IMG/VR virus record: IMGVR_UViG_3300034012_003212
Span: 124,001-188,000 of that record
Length of the DNA stretch: 64,000 nt
Strand: one strand, 5' to 3'
Of the stretch, positions 49,061-58,554 are shown in pieces. The translations under genes were made by a program, and so were the position numbers. Position 1 is the stretch's first letter; the number at the start of each line of letters is the position of its first letter. A model generated the notes under the pieces. It was not told the origin of the DNA and did not search any database. It saw only the letters and a list, made by a program, of their open reading frames with translations.

Positions 49061-49432
49061 TTAGTCTTCGTCTTCTCCCATGTCCTCATCATCTTCATCG
49101 TGGCGATGATGTTTCTTGGAATGATGCTTTTCTTCCTCATCTTCATCATCATCTTCTCCCCTTTCTTCATCATAGCTCTCTTCGCCTTCTTCTGACTCAC
49201 CCTCTTCTTCGTCTTCATCAATCTCGATAACTTCTTTTGCCTTCATTACAAGGTCTTCAACCTTTTCCATGAATGCATCATGCAATTCCTCTGGATCTGC
49301 ATCTTCGTCATCGTTATCTTTCCATTCGTTCCATGCATTCACCAGTTCTTCAAGCATCTCATAGAGATCTTTGTGGCTCACAACCTCTTCGGTTTCTTCT
49401 GTCCACTCTTCAAAAATTTGTACGTACTTCAT
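49061..49432 (-). CDS. Highly acidic protein with capsid-targeting-like N-terminus
   Basis: Starts MKYVQIFEEWTEE; D/E-rich; GATATATAC at 49449-49457. Confidence 0.65.
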   Translation of the reverse strand: MKYVQIFEEWTEETEEVVSHKDLYEMLEELVNAWNEWKDNDDEDADPEELHDAFMEKVEDLVMKAKEVIEIDEDEEEGESEEGEESYDEERGEDDDEDEEEKHHSKKHHRHDEDDEDMGEDED

Positions 49433-49455
49433 CTTGATCTATTTTTTTGTATATA

Positions 49456-50181
49456 TCATTCTGTTGGCAAATTTAGAGTCGTTAAGTACCACCATTTTGT
49501 TGGATTTTTGAAATCATTACAGGTAAACATCGACACGAAATCAGCTTTATAGAATCCTTCCTTTTTAACACGCTTTAATTTCTCATGTATTTTACAAAAA
49601 AGAACTGATACTCCGTATACGCCGAGATCTTTTAACGTTGTCACATTCTTTGTTGGGAATCTATTTGATAAGTTAATTTCAATGTTCTCGAATTCACTCC
49701 ATGGAACAGAATTTCCTCTAGCTAAAAACATACCAGTAGAACGATCATATGTTACTCTTTTACCAGGATTTTCAAGGTCTTGTGAGAATATTACTGTTTT
49801 AACTTCAACTATTTTCCCCTCATTGTTTCCTTGTGTTATGATGAGATCGTTGTACAGGGAATCATTTTTTGTATCATCTCCCATAAATTGCAATCGTCCG
49901 TTGTGTCGATTTTTTAACCACAATTCAGGAGCCTTTCCAACCAATGTCGTTGAACGAATCTCCTCATAACTGCGATACGATCCAGTGTATCTATCAGTCC
50001 TTGCCGCATTACTTCTAAATAACCTTAGTGCCTGGCCTTCTATTTCATCATTAAATGATTCTATCGCAGATAATTCATCTACAGTAAACGATTCTTTGTT
50101 TATTTCTGGACACAGTGCTATTTCCACAAATGCTTTGGCCATTCCGCGGATGTCTGAATAATCGACAGAGATTTTTTCCAT
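49456..50181 (-). CDS. PD-(D/E)xK nuclease-like protein
   Basis: GKAPE...YNDLII...IVEVKT motif. Confidence 0.45.
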   Translation of the reverse strand: MEKISVDYSDIRGMAKAFVEIALCPEINKESFTVDELSAIESFNDEIEGQALRLFRSNAARTDRYTGSYRSYEEIRSTTLVGKAPELWLKNRHNGRLQFMGDDTKNDSLYNDLIITQGNNEGKIVEVKTVIFSQDLENPGKRVTYDRSTGMFLARGNSVPWSEFENIEINLSNRFPTKNVTTLKDLGVYGVSVLFCKIHEKLKRVKKEGFYKADFVSMFTCNDFKNPTKWWYLTTLNLPTE

Positions 50182-50182
50182 T

Positions 50183-50575
50183 TCAAACTTTCTTTCGATG
50201 TGATGAAAATTTCTTCACCCATTCTGGGTACACGTCTGCCAATCTAAGACATTCATCAATGGAGCCCAATTTAACAGTAGATGCGTCAACTGCATGTTCT
50301 GATTGGTTGATGATTATATCAATGAATTGTTCGTGTGTGTGGAATTTGTAGGAGGGTATTTGAGAAAGGCCAATGCTGGCAACGAATGATAGACTTTCGT
50401 TGCTTTGATAGACAAGAACAAGGACTATTGTTTTTTCAGTCCTTTTGTTCTCTGGATCTGTCATGTAATAGATCTCTTCTATCTGACCGTCGACGAAATC
50501 AACCCGGTCAATAAACTCGAGAACTACCCCTTCTCTCTTCTGGATCTCCTGGGCGAGATCAATCAATTCTTTCAT
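50183..50575 (-). CDS. Hypothetical protein
   Basis: 130-aa ORF. Confidence 0.55.
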   Translation of the reverse strand: MKELIDLAQEIQKREGVVLEFIDRVDFVDGQIEEIYYMTDPENKRTEKTIVLVLVYQSNESLSFVASIGLSQIPSYKFHTHEQFIDIIINQSEHAVDASTVKLGSIDECLRLADVYPEWVKKFSSHRKKV

Positions 50576-50661
50576 GCTGCTTAGTGATTTTATCCCTGAA
50601 TTAATCAGAGCATGCTAAAATACTAAATTTCCCCTTTGTAAAAAATAATTTTACATTAGGT

Positions 50662-50925
50662 CTACTTTTTTTCTGATAGGCTCTGCATGAGTTCGTCGGT
50701 TATCTTTCCGTCGCACTTCATCCCATTATCTGCCTGATACGCAAGAATGGCAGACCTCACAATATCATCGTACAGATCAATCTCGCTCTGGTCCGGATTC
50801 GACGGTCCTGTTTCAAGATATCCTAGATCCACTAAAGATGATTTTACTTTCTTCATAATCTCATCAGATGTGGCTTCAGGTTTTTTGGAATCCTTTACAT
50901 ATTGTGCAAACTTCTTGACTTTCAT
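50662..50925 (-). CDS. Peptidoglycan-binding domain protein with capsid-targeting-like N-terminus
   Basis: Starts MKVKKFAQYVKDS; LVDLGY...AILAYQADNGMKCDG. Confidence 0.7.
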   Translation of the reverse strand: MKVKKFAQYVKDSKKPEATSDEIMKKVKSSLVDLGYLETGPSNPDQSEIDLYDDIVRSAILAYQADNGMKCDGKITDELMQSLSEKK

Positions 50926-51035
50926 TACGTGTATTTTTTTATTAAAAATAAGTCTTGAGCGTACAGATAAAAGTAAAGGGAATGTAATTACACATTCCCT
51001 TTATATTTACATACATTTTTTTCTGTTCACTCGAT

Positions 51036-51533
51036 TTACCACTCGGATCCACCGATGAAACGATTAGCTGCGTTTCGGCCTTCGATGTGTGTCTGCATTG
51101 CTTCTTCTACGCCAATACATTCTGCCAACATCTCTCGCCAATTGGGCCAGATGCTTTCATCGATGAAGCTAAGATCGCAACCGGTGAAATTTGTCCCCTT
51201 TCCGTACCTAGAAAGATAGAATGAAGGGATATTATCTGTTCCCGGCTGTGTTGCGTCTAATCCCTTACAGTAGGAAAAATCAGCACCGGAGAAATCACAA
51301 CCTTCCATTTTAACATTGGTGAAATCAGAACCGGAGAATTTTGCGTTTACAAAAGGACCGCTAAGTTCAGCACCATCAAGTATAGCACCTTCGATCTCCG
51401 TAACAAAGTCCGGGCCGAAGTATGTTTCCATGATTTCTTCCTTTGTCATAGCCTTTACCGGGGGTGTTGTTTCTCCCATTTCATTTTCGTTCATGCGGAT
51501 GAATGAACTGAAAGTTTTTACGTGTTTTGCCAT
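51036..51533 (-). CDS. Pentapeptide-repeat protein with capsid-targeting-like N-terminus
   Basis: Starts MAKHVKTFSSFIRMNEN; AKFSG SDFTN CDFSG ADFSY repeats. Confidence 0.7.
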   Translation of the reverse strand: MAKHVKTFSSFIRMNENEMGETTPPVKAMTKEEIMETYFGPDFVTEIEGAILDGAELSGPFVNAKFSGSDFTNVKMEGCDFSGADFSYCKGLDATQPGTDNIPSFYLSRYGKGTNFTGCDLSFIDESIWPNWREMLAECIGVEEAMQTHIEGRNAANRFIGGSEW

Positions 51534-51591
51534 TGTATACCTCTATTATTTTTTTGTATATATTAAAACAATTGTCATTTTTTACATGCTA

Positions 51592-53643
51592 TTATGCTAA
51601 AACCCTCGGAACATTAACAACCTTAGATCCAGCGCCTGGTAAAAAGTTCTGAAAAGATGCATTGTCCCAAACAACCCATATAGTATTTCTAATCCACGAT
51701 CTGTATCTCTTATTACTACATTCTGTCTGGTCTCCTATGTAACCATCGGTAAAAATAAACACGAGATCTGCCTTTTTGAATTTTTCATCTATGAAATCCA
51801 TCGTAGGAGCAAAATCAGTGCCACCTCCTCCTTGTACCTTTGAATCAAGCTTTTTGAAGAAATTGTATCTCGAAAAGTTCGATTTGTTATCAAATTCAAC
51901 CACACTTTCAGTATAAACCCCGCTATCCCAACAGAAAACCGTAACCTTAGATGTTATTTTCTTCGATTCTAGAATAGCAGATAGCTCTCTCATCAAATCA
52001 TGGACAATTCCAACCATAGAACCAGATGTGTCCAATGCCACTACAATATGATCAAGGTTTTTACGATCAGGTACGATCTGAGATCTAACCATCCTGGAAT
52101 TTCCTAAGAATTTCTTGTTAGGTATCCTAGATCTTTCATCGGATATTGCATTTCCTATGTATCGTGCTAATTTTTTCCTCCAATCTATATCAGTTTCAGC
52201 TTTTCTCCTATTAAGAAGGTCTATACACATATTAATGAAGCTTATGCCTCCCATTCCCCGTCCAGCCTTCCTGGTAGATGTTTTTGACCTCTGGCCTATC
52301 TCAACAGCTTCTCTGGCTATTTTTTCCCAATCGGATTTGTCTTTTATTTGCTCATTCGGTATTTCTCCTAAAATTTTACAAAGTGCGTTTCCTTCTTCTT
52401 GCGATATTACTTCGCCAGGCGCAAAAATCTTAATTGGAATAGGTTTACGCTTATCGTTAAGCTTAGATTTTGGTTTTCCTTGGCCACCAGGGGTTCCTTC
52501 AGTTCCAGGGGTTCCTTCAGTTCCAGGGGTTCCTTCAGTTCCAGGGGTTCCTTCAGTTCCAGGGGTTCCTTCAGTTCCAGGGGTTCCTTCAGTTCCAGGG
52601 GTTCCTCCTTCTCCATCTCCTTCTCCATCTGGTTCTTCGTGATCCCCGCTACTTAAACAATACCACCCAGTATCTTCATCATTACCACCAAAAACGATTG
52701 TCTCGCTTAACGTGCTGTGTTCAGCAGACACAGTTTTTTCGAACGAATTAAATGTGAGCAGCGCATCGCGATGTTCTTTAATCTCTTTGGTCTTTTTGCG
52801 ATTAGCCACCGGGTTTACTGCCGTACTACTAGATGAACCTGATATCCAAGAATTGTCAATCTTCGGGATTTCCATCTGGAGTTCTTTTACTTTAGGGTAT
52901 ATTTCTTCAGCAGGAGCATCGCCAAATTTATCACTATACCATCCTATGCCTAGCCATTCATCTTTAATGTAATCGCTTTCGGTCATTCCTAGTGCTTCTG
53001 CCACCCTTACGTTTATCTCTATGTCTGTTGCGATATTCCACTTGTGGCTATCCCTGCCGCCCATGCGCAAAAAGTGTTCCTGTATGCAATGGTACAACTC
53101 ATGGATGAGGATGAATGCTGATGTCCTCTTGGGCATGCCATAAAAGAACAGAGGACATATGAATATGTGTCTTCCATCAGTGGCCGCAGTTCTTATCCCT
53201 TCATTGTAACCATAGATCATCTTCATCTTAAGAAATGCAGGCGCAAGGGGAAACAACTCCGGTTGTCTCGATATGAGTAGGATCGTGTCCTGTACATCAT
53301 TTTCCACTGAATCCTTAATTTGCTGGAGTTCTTGTTTTGTGAATATACTGAACAGCATGACACCTATTCCCTTGAATGATCTCATTATATCACACCTTTC
53401 TTCAAGGGAATACTTCTTTATCGTCTCAGCATGATTTACCTGTATCCACCTGGCATTATTTTCATCAACACCGTCCTGCAGGATACACCCCTTTTTCTTC
53501 ATGTCGTCTATTAAAAGGCCCACTTTCTGGGCCTTTTCCTTCAGTATAGAAGGATCTATGGATTCATTTACGGCCTGGGATTCAAGAACACTTCGGTTCT
53601 TGAGAAAATCGCTATAATTGAATATGGAACGAATTTTTGACAT
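51592..53643 (-). CDS. DUF2201-type metallopeptidase plus vWA domain protein
   Basis: TAATDG, HELYH (HExxH), WNIATD, DTSGS MIDAS, GGGGTDF and FTDG motifs. Confidence 0.9.
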   Translation of the reverse strand: MSKIRSIFNYSDFLKNRSVLESQAVNESIDPSILKEKAQKVGLLIDDMKKKGCILQDGVDENNARWIQVNHAETIKKYSLEERCDIMRSFKGIGVMLFSIFTKQELQQIKDSVENDVQDTILLISRQPELFPLAPAFLKMKMIYGYNEGIRTAATDGRHIFICPLFFYGMPKRTSAFILIHELYHCIQEHFLRMGGRDSHKWNIATDIEINVRVAEALGMTESDYIKDEWLGIGWYSDKFGDAPAEEIYPKVKELQMEIPKIDNSWISGSSSSTAVNPVANRKKTKEIKEHRDALLTFNSFEKTVSAEHSTLSETIVFGGNDEDTGWYCLSSGDHEEPDGEGDGEGGTPGTEGTPGTEGTPGTEGTPGTEGTPGTEGTPGTEGTPGGQGKPKSKLNDKRKPIPIKIFAPGEVISQEEGNALCKILGEIPNEQIKDKSDWEKIAREAVEIGQRSKTSTRKAGRGMGGISFINMCIDLLNRRKAETDIDWRKKLARYIGNAISDERSRIPNKKFLGNSRMVRSQIVPDRKNLDHIVVALDTSGSMVGIVHDLMRELSAILESKKITSKVTVFCWDSGVYTESVVEFDNKSNFSRYNFFKKLDSKVQGGGGTDFAPTMDFIDEKFKKADLVFIFTDGYIGDQTECSNKRYRSWIRNTIWVVWDNASFQNFLPGAGSKVVNVPRVLA
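52487..52606. repeat. 18-bp tandem repeat (GTPGTE)n in the vWA-protein linker
   Basis: CCAGGGGTTCCTTCAGTT x6 plus a partial copy, perfect. Confidence 0.95.
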
Positions 53644-53665
53644 ATCTCTTTGTGTAGCGTAATTT

Positions 53666-55408
53666 TTACTTAACGTATACTGCAGTATCGCGTTGTACGA
53701 TTATAGCCGTCTTGTTATCGAATATGTCAGAATACTTCTTTGTCAATTTTTCGATGTATTCATCCAGTACAGGTTTATATACCTTCACGTCGTACGTTGC
53801 TCCGCCTCTGAGGCTAAGCTCAGGGTGCTGTTTCAGGAAGTCGAGTGCAAGGCACACAGTTGATGTCTTATCGCCTATGTTAAGGATGTATGTCAAGAAG
53901 TTCTTGATTTCCTGCGGCGTACAAACTTTACCCAATTTCATGCGAAGTATTGAAACCCTGTAAGCAAATCTCAGCGCATTGATATCGTATTTTTCAAATT
54001 CAGACTCAGAAGGATTGATGGATCCTGTGTCCATGGTCTTCTCGTCGTTTTCTCCCTTTTTCTTTGGCCAAGGAGCAGCATTTTTGGGATCTGTATACAC
54101 CTTCTCGAGGGATTGCGTATCAACTATGCTCATCAATTTAATGAACGCAACGTATTCGGATGCTATTTCAGTTCCGAGTTGCATCGCAATAATATCCTCT
54201 ACTTCGGTCATTTTCAATTTCCTTCCGAGGCGAACGGCTCTTCTGTGCAATTCGCGTGCTGCACTCTCCCATCCGCGGGGATCTGCTTCCACTGTGTTCT
54301 CTGCATCAGGGTCCATCCTGTGCCAGAACTGAGGATTGAGGTTGAGGAAGTCGAGCATCTCTTCAGGGAAGAACTTTTCCAGTTCTTTTGTCTTCGGATT
54401 ATATGCAGTGTTCTGCTTTTGATACTCTGCCCAGTTTTCCATCGTCGGAACAAAGTTAAAGTGCCTGAACCTCGCCTTTTGAGCAGGTGAGCGAAGTATA
54501 TCCATCGGGGTATCAGGTTCATCCTGAGGCCTGTTGGAAGCAGCGACAATGATCCATTTCGGAGCGAGCCTAAAATTCTCAAACACCCTCTCGGATGCCA
54601 AATTCATTATCGCAGTGATGGAACTCTTCGGTGCGCGGCTGATCTCGTCAAAGAATATGATACCACCGCCGCCACAGTTCGCTTTCTTTATTGCTTCTTT
54701 TCTCGCCTCGCCCGTCAGCGTATCATCGAACAGAGGCAGTGACGACAGAGGAACAAGCTGCTGTTTAGTTGTTCCGAACTCGTCCTGACCTATCGTCGGG
54801 AGCATGAACAAATCTTTATCGATGATGTTCAGGTTGCAATAACGTGCTCCCATGCCTGCTTCTTTTGTCTTCCAGTTAACTATACCAGTCTTTCCTATAC
54901 CAGGAGCTCCCCATACGAGCAAGGGCTTGGGATACTGCGAATAAGGAAGTTCTTCTGTTTCATCAAGGCTCTTGACGAATTCAATCATCGCATCGAGCTC
55001 TTCCTTGAAGAACTCAGGCCCTTTGTTCGGAAGAGATGGGTCTATTGATTCAAATTTTATGTATGCTTCTGTGATCGCAACGGGATTCTCATTGGGCTCC
55101 TCTGTTGGGACTTCGGGTTCCTGCACGGGTGATTCATCAGAAGCTGCATTGATGATGCTCTTCTCAACTTCTCCTGGGTATATCGTCAACCCTTTGATCT
55201 CCCCGTTCTGTACTTGCATGTATTTGTTCAGGACCCATGAGTTCGGGCCTTCGAATTTATCCCCCAGCCAACGAAGTCCAGGGATCTTGCTCATCGCGCG
55301 GCGGAGTGCTTCTCCTATCTTCGAGACAGCGTCCTTGAAGAATCCTTCGTTGAGGTTCTTGGATTCACTTATGAAATCCGAATATCTTTTTACGTGGTAA
55401 CGTTTCAT
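53666..55408 (-). CDS. MoxR-like AAA+ ATPase
   Basis: WGAPGIGKT, FFDEISRA, AASNRP, ARFRH and DPRGWE motifs; paired with the vWA gene; GATATATAG at 55424-55432. Confidence 0.9.
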   Translation of the reverse strand: MKRYHVKRYSDFISESKNLNEGFFKDAVSKIGEALRRAMSKIPGLRWLGDKFEGPNSWVLNKYMQVQNGEIKGLTIYPGEVEKSIINAASDESPVQEPEVPTEEPNENPVAITEAYIKFESIDPSLPNKGPEFFKEELDAMIEFVKSLDETEELPYSQYPKPLLVWGAPGIGKTGIVNWKTKEAGMGARYCNLNIIDKDLFMLPTIGQDEFGTTKQQLVPLSSLPLFDDTLTGEARKEAIKKANCGGGGIIFFDEISRAPKSSITAIMNLASERVFENFRLAPKWIIVAASNRPQDEPDTPMDILRSPAQKARFRHFNFVPTMENWAEYQKQNTAYNPKTKELEKFFPEEMLDFLNLNPQFWHRMDPDAENTVEADPRGWESAARELHRRAVRLGRKLKMTEVEDIIAMQLGTEIASEYVAFIKLMSIVDTQSLEKVYTDPKNAAPWPKKKGENDEKTMDTGSINPSESEFEKYDINALRFAYRVSILRMKLGKVCTPQEIKNFLTYILNIGDKTSTVCLALDFLKQHPELSLRGGATYDVKVYKPVLDEYIEKLTKKYSDIFDNKTAIIVQRDTAVYVK

Positions 55409-55464
55409 GCGTATTATTTTTTTCTATATATCATTTGTTTTGGGAAAAAAACGGAGCAATACAG

Positions 55465-56124
55465 CTAGCGGATCTTCACGAGTTTTGTTCCTTTTTTTCT
55501 TTTTGATCTGTGCGCCTGAGTGCCACAGAATCCAGACTCCGAATTCTCTTCTTTTCTGACAGGGACACTAACATCATCGCAGCCTGGGCTGCTTGAGTCA
55601 TATCTGATCTGATAAAACCAAGGTGTGAGAGCACCATCCTCCTGGCAGTCCTCAGGTTCTGTTTCACGCTTCCTGATATATCCTGCTGTGTCTTCTCTGT
55701 TCCACGATCCATTTGTCTCATCTTTCACTGTTATAGTTGTTTCCTCTTGTTCTTCGTCAGGCATTATCCTCTTTGCGAAGAAAGAGAAAGAATCCACGAC
55801 CATTGAATCAACCGATTTTGTCACAACACCGAGCGTCATTGCTTGATACATCGTCATATGCATATCATACTGAACTCCGTTGTTCCACGCCCTGCAGAGC
55901 ATGTCCTCGGGGTCAACTGTGATGGTTTTCCACGAGATGTTGAACGCGATCACAGAATCTTCTGACACAACGACCTCAAAATCCCCGGCTCTTTGAGAGC
56001 TGCAGGACCATGTGCCAAGCCAAATCTCCTGATCGTTTGCATCAGTGGTCATGCAAGACGTTATGGTCAGTGCTAAAATAGCAAAAAAGAAGTTTTTGTA
56101 AAAAATATTTTTTAGGGTCTTCAT
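55465..56124 (-). CDS. Putative lipoprotein
   Basis: Hydrophobic stretch ending in the lipobox LTITSC. Confidence 0.55.
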   Translation of the reverse strand: MKTLKNIFYKNFFFAILALTITSCMTTDANDQEIWLGTWSCSSQRAGDFEVVVSEDSVIAFNISWKTITVDPEDMLCRAWNNGVQYDMHMTMYQAMTLGVVTKSVDSMVVDSFSFFAKRIMPDEEQEETTITVKDETNGSWNREDTAGYIRKRETEPEDCQEDGALTPWFYQIRYDSSSPGCDDVSVPVRKEENSESGFCGTQAHRSKRKKGTKLVKIR

Positions 56125-56131
56125 AAAATTT

Positions 56132-56611
56132 TCATACGATTGGTTTTCTCACAGACGCGTTGTCTGCCTTTCGGGCGTCGGCATTATCACATCCTGTGAG
56201 GTTTATGTATTCCATCACGACTGCGTCATCTGGAACACCCCTTATGTTTTCGCAGTCCTGCGCGTCCAGGCAGCCGCCCACTCGCAGGAAGTCTCCCGAT
56301 AGGGAAAGTGATGTGCATCCTCTTGCCAGTATGTCAGAGAGCACGACTGTGTTCCTAGGAAGGCTTTCCACGCTCCTCGATCCAGAGATGTACAGACCAT
56401 CTCCCACGATCATTCTTTCGGGCATTGTTTTCAGGTTCTCACACCTGAAGAATATGGCCGCTTTTGAGACCATGACATTTTCAGGGAGCATGCGTAGATC
56501 ATCGTTCTCCCAGCACCAGAGCTCTCCGAGGATGTTCATCCTTCCGCCGATGGAGTCAAACACTCCTTGTGGGCACTTTCTCATGTTCACTATCGCATTT
56601 CTCGTGTGCAC
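56132..56611 (-). CDS. Degenerate LRR-like protein
   Basis: LPENVMV, MPERMIVGDGL, LPRNTVV and VPDDAVV repeats. Confidence 0.6.
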   Translation of the reverse strand: MHTRNAIVNMRKCPQGVFDSIGGRMNILGELWCWENDDLRMLPENVMVSKAAIFFRCENLKTMPERMIVGDGLYISGSRSVESLPRNTVVLSDILARGCTSLSLSGDFLRVGGCLDAQDCENIRGVPDDAVVMEYINLTGCDNADARKADNASVRKPIV

Positions 56612-56622
56612 TGTCTGGGTCC

Positions 56623-57090
56623 TTATAATTTGTACTCGATTTTGTCCTTGAACTTTTCAGGTATGGGAAGTTTTTTAGGAATTACACTCAGTTTAACGCC
56701 CTGGCAGAATCCGGTGCCTTTCGAGCATATGATTTTTCCGTTGATGACTGATCGTTCATCGATTTCTTTTATTCCGGCGCAGTTCTGAATGTCCAGGTCC
56801 TCGCATATGATGAGTTCTTCCGGAAGTTTTTTCACCCCGCGGGAGTAGGCCATTATCAAGCTGCCGAGGGTGATCAACGTTCTGGGTAAAAATCCTGACA
56901 CATGGAAAAACCAGAACGAGCCACTGCATATCACCGTCTTCCTCGAAAATGATTCAGGAAGGTCTGCGACGTTGGCATGGATCGACCCATCGATCTTTAT
57001 GGTATCAGGGAGCAAATCGAGCGTACTTTTGCTGCAGAACGAAAGCGTCACCTGAGCGTATTTTTCTATCTTTTGATTCCGAATATTCAT
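56623..57090 (-). CDS. Degenerate LRR-like protein
   Basis: LPDTIKIDG, LPRTLITLGSL and LPEELIICEDL repeats. Confidence 0.6.
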   Translation of the reverse strand: MNIRNQKIEKYAQVTLSFCSKSTLDLLPDTIKIDGSIHANVADLPESFSRKTVICSGSFWFFHVSGFLPRTLITLGSLIMAYSRGVKKLPEELIICEDLDIQNCAGIKEIDERSVINGKIICSKGTGFCQGVKLSVIPKKLPIPEKFKDKIEYKL

Positions 57091-57107
57091 TTCTTATGTG
57101 TTGATTT

Positions 57108-57557
57108 CTATGGCATTGGCATTATGAACTCTATCCAAAAATAATCCGTTCTCGTCACGTCGCGGTTAATCATCGAACTTTCTTTTCCTTTGCGTATTCC
57201 AGGGAAAATATCATCCAATTCCGTCTTCAGTAAATTTATGTCCATGTGTTCAGGAAAATTTATGATGCCAGGGTCATTTGGGAATATGTAGAGGGATTTC
57301 ACGATCTTAATGAGTTCCCATAACACACTTCTGGTCTTTTCCTCCTTAAATTTATAGATCGACAGAACCGGGCAGGTCAAAGGCCCATGGGGCTTTAAAA
57401 GAGAATCCATGTTGATCCCAAGAGATGAATCACACATGATTCCAAATGGGGCGTCTCCTTTAATCTCAAGGACTCCTTTCACTTTTATGGTCCTCGTGAT
57501 TCTAGATGTCTCAGGAAGCTTCACGAGAGTGAACGTACGTGTGGTTTTTTTGAACAT
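57108..57557 (-). CDS. Hypothetical protein (divergent member of the LRR-like family)
   Basis: Shared N-terminal ..hKVKG motif; GATATATA upstream. Confidence 0.5.
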   Translation of the reverse strand: MFKKTTRTFTLVKLPETSRITRTIKVKGVLEIKGDAPFGIMCDSSLGINMDSLLKPHGPLTCPVLSIYKFKEEKTRSVLWELIKIVKSLYIFPNDPGIINFPEHMDINLLKTELDDIFPGIRKGKESSMINRDVTRTDYFWIEFIMPMP

Positions 57558-57571
57558 GGTTATTATATATC

Positions 57572-58006
57572 TTAAGAGTCCCTCTGTATATTCAGCAGGT
57601 GGTCCTCTCGAACGATGCTGAACTTTCCTGGATTCATCGAATGGTTCAATTTCATGATCAACTCACCTGCGATGGATGATCTTTTTTCTCGAATGATGAT
57701 CATCATCTTTTCTGCGAAGATGTGGTTCTCGATTATTCTGATGTAATCAGGGATCTCCCGTTCGTGTAGGTCGTACCTGTGAGTCTGATCCATCACGTTT
57801 ATCGATATGGTCCTCAATTTCGGACAGTGGTCCCCTTGCGTGCTAAAAATTCCAGGAACATGGGAATTGCCCTTCACGATGGCGAGTGAATCAAGGTCCG
57901 ATTTCCACGGGGATTCAAATTCCCCTTTTACCTTGAAAACCTCCGGAAGTGATATGTTTCCTGCGTGCTTGATGCTGAATTTGGAATTGGTTTTGATTTT
58001 TAGCAT
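57572..58006 (-). CDS. Hypothetical protein (divergent member of the LRR-like family)
   Basis: LPEVFKVKG motif. Confidence 0.5.
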   Translation of the reverse strand: MLKIKTNSKFSIKHAGNISLPEVFKVKGEFESPWKSDLDSLAIVKGNSHVPGIFSTQGDHCPKLRTISINVMDQTHRYDLHEREIPDYIRIIENHIFAEKMMIIIREKRSSIAGELIMKLNHSMNPGKFSIVREDHLLNIQRDS

Positions 58007-58065
58007 GCCCTATTCTCTGTGTTTTTCCCTCTTTTGAGATCATCCGGCTTCACGTTTCACACTGA

Positions 58066-58554
58066 TCAGTCCCTCCTGATCAACTCAATCCTGTAGCTTT
58101 GCTTGATAATCGATTCCATGGAATCATATAGGTCCTCATAACGAGCGCCCGTGGCTGAATGTATGATCCTCTGCATCACTTTCGAGTCTTCGTTTGTCGG
58201 AGGATTCATAATAGTATGCATTGAAAAAGAATCTGAGATGATCATACGAGATAGGATCTGGTGGTACCTCTTCTGGAGCACTCTGTTTGAAGATATGGAA
58301 TTCAAAGATTGGTACAGAAACATCGTCCGGCAGACGATGCTTGGAGACTGGCTGTCGTTCATGATAAAATCCATGCAAAACACCCGGCAGACGGATCCAT
58401 CAAGTTTACCGATGACTCCACTGGACTGATCATGCACATAAATGACGCCTGACACTTTCATGGGCTTCTTCAGCCTCAGTGATCCAATGTCACGGAGCAC
58501 CACTGTTGCAACGGCTCTTTTGATGTTATTAAATCTTGTAACTCCAGAATTCAT
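58066..58554 (-). CDS. Hypothetical protein (divergent member of the LRR-like family)
   Basis: KPMKVSG motif; GATATATAC at 58559-58567 precedes MNSG. Confidence 0.5.
   Translation of the reverse strand: MNSGVTRFNNIKRAVATVVLRDIGSLRLKKPMKVSGVIYVHDQSSGVIGKLDGSVCRVFCMDFIMNDSQSPSIVCRTMFLYQSLNSISSNRVLQKRYHQILSRMIISDSFSMHTIMNPPTNEDSKVMQRIIHSATGARYEDLYDSMESIIKQSYRIELIRRD

Noticed and set aside
52115-52751. Repeat-containing ORFs in alternative frames (PGVPSV, SSRGSF, LELKEP, FLQFQG)
   Set aside because: Shadows of the 18-bp repeat inside the vWA gene.
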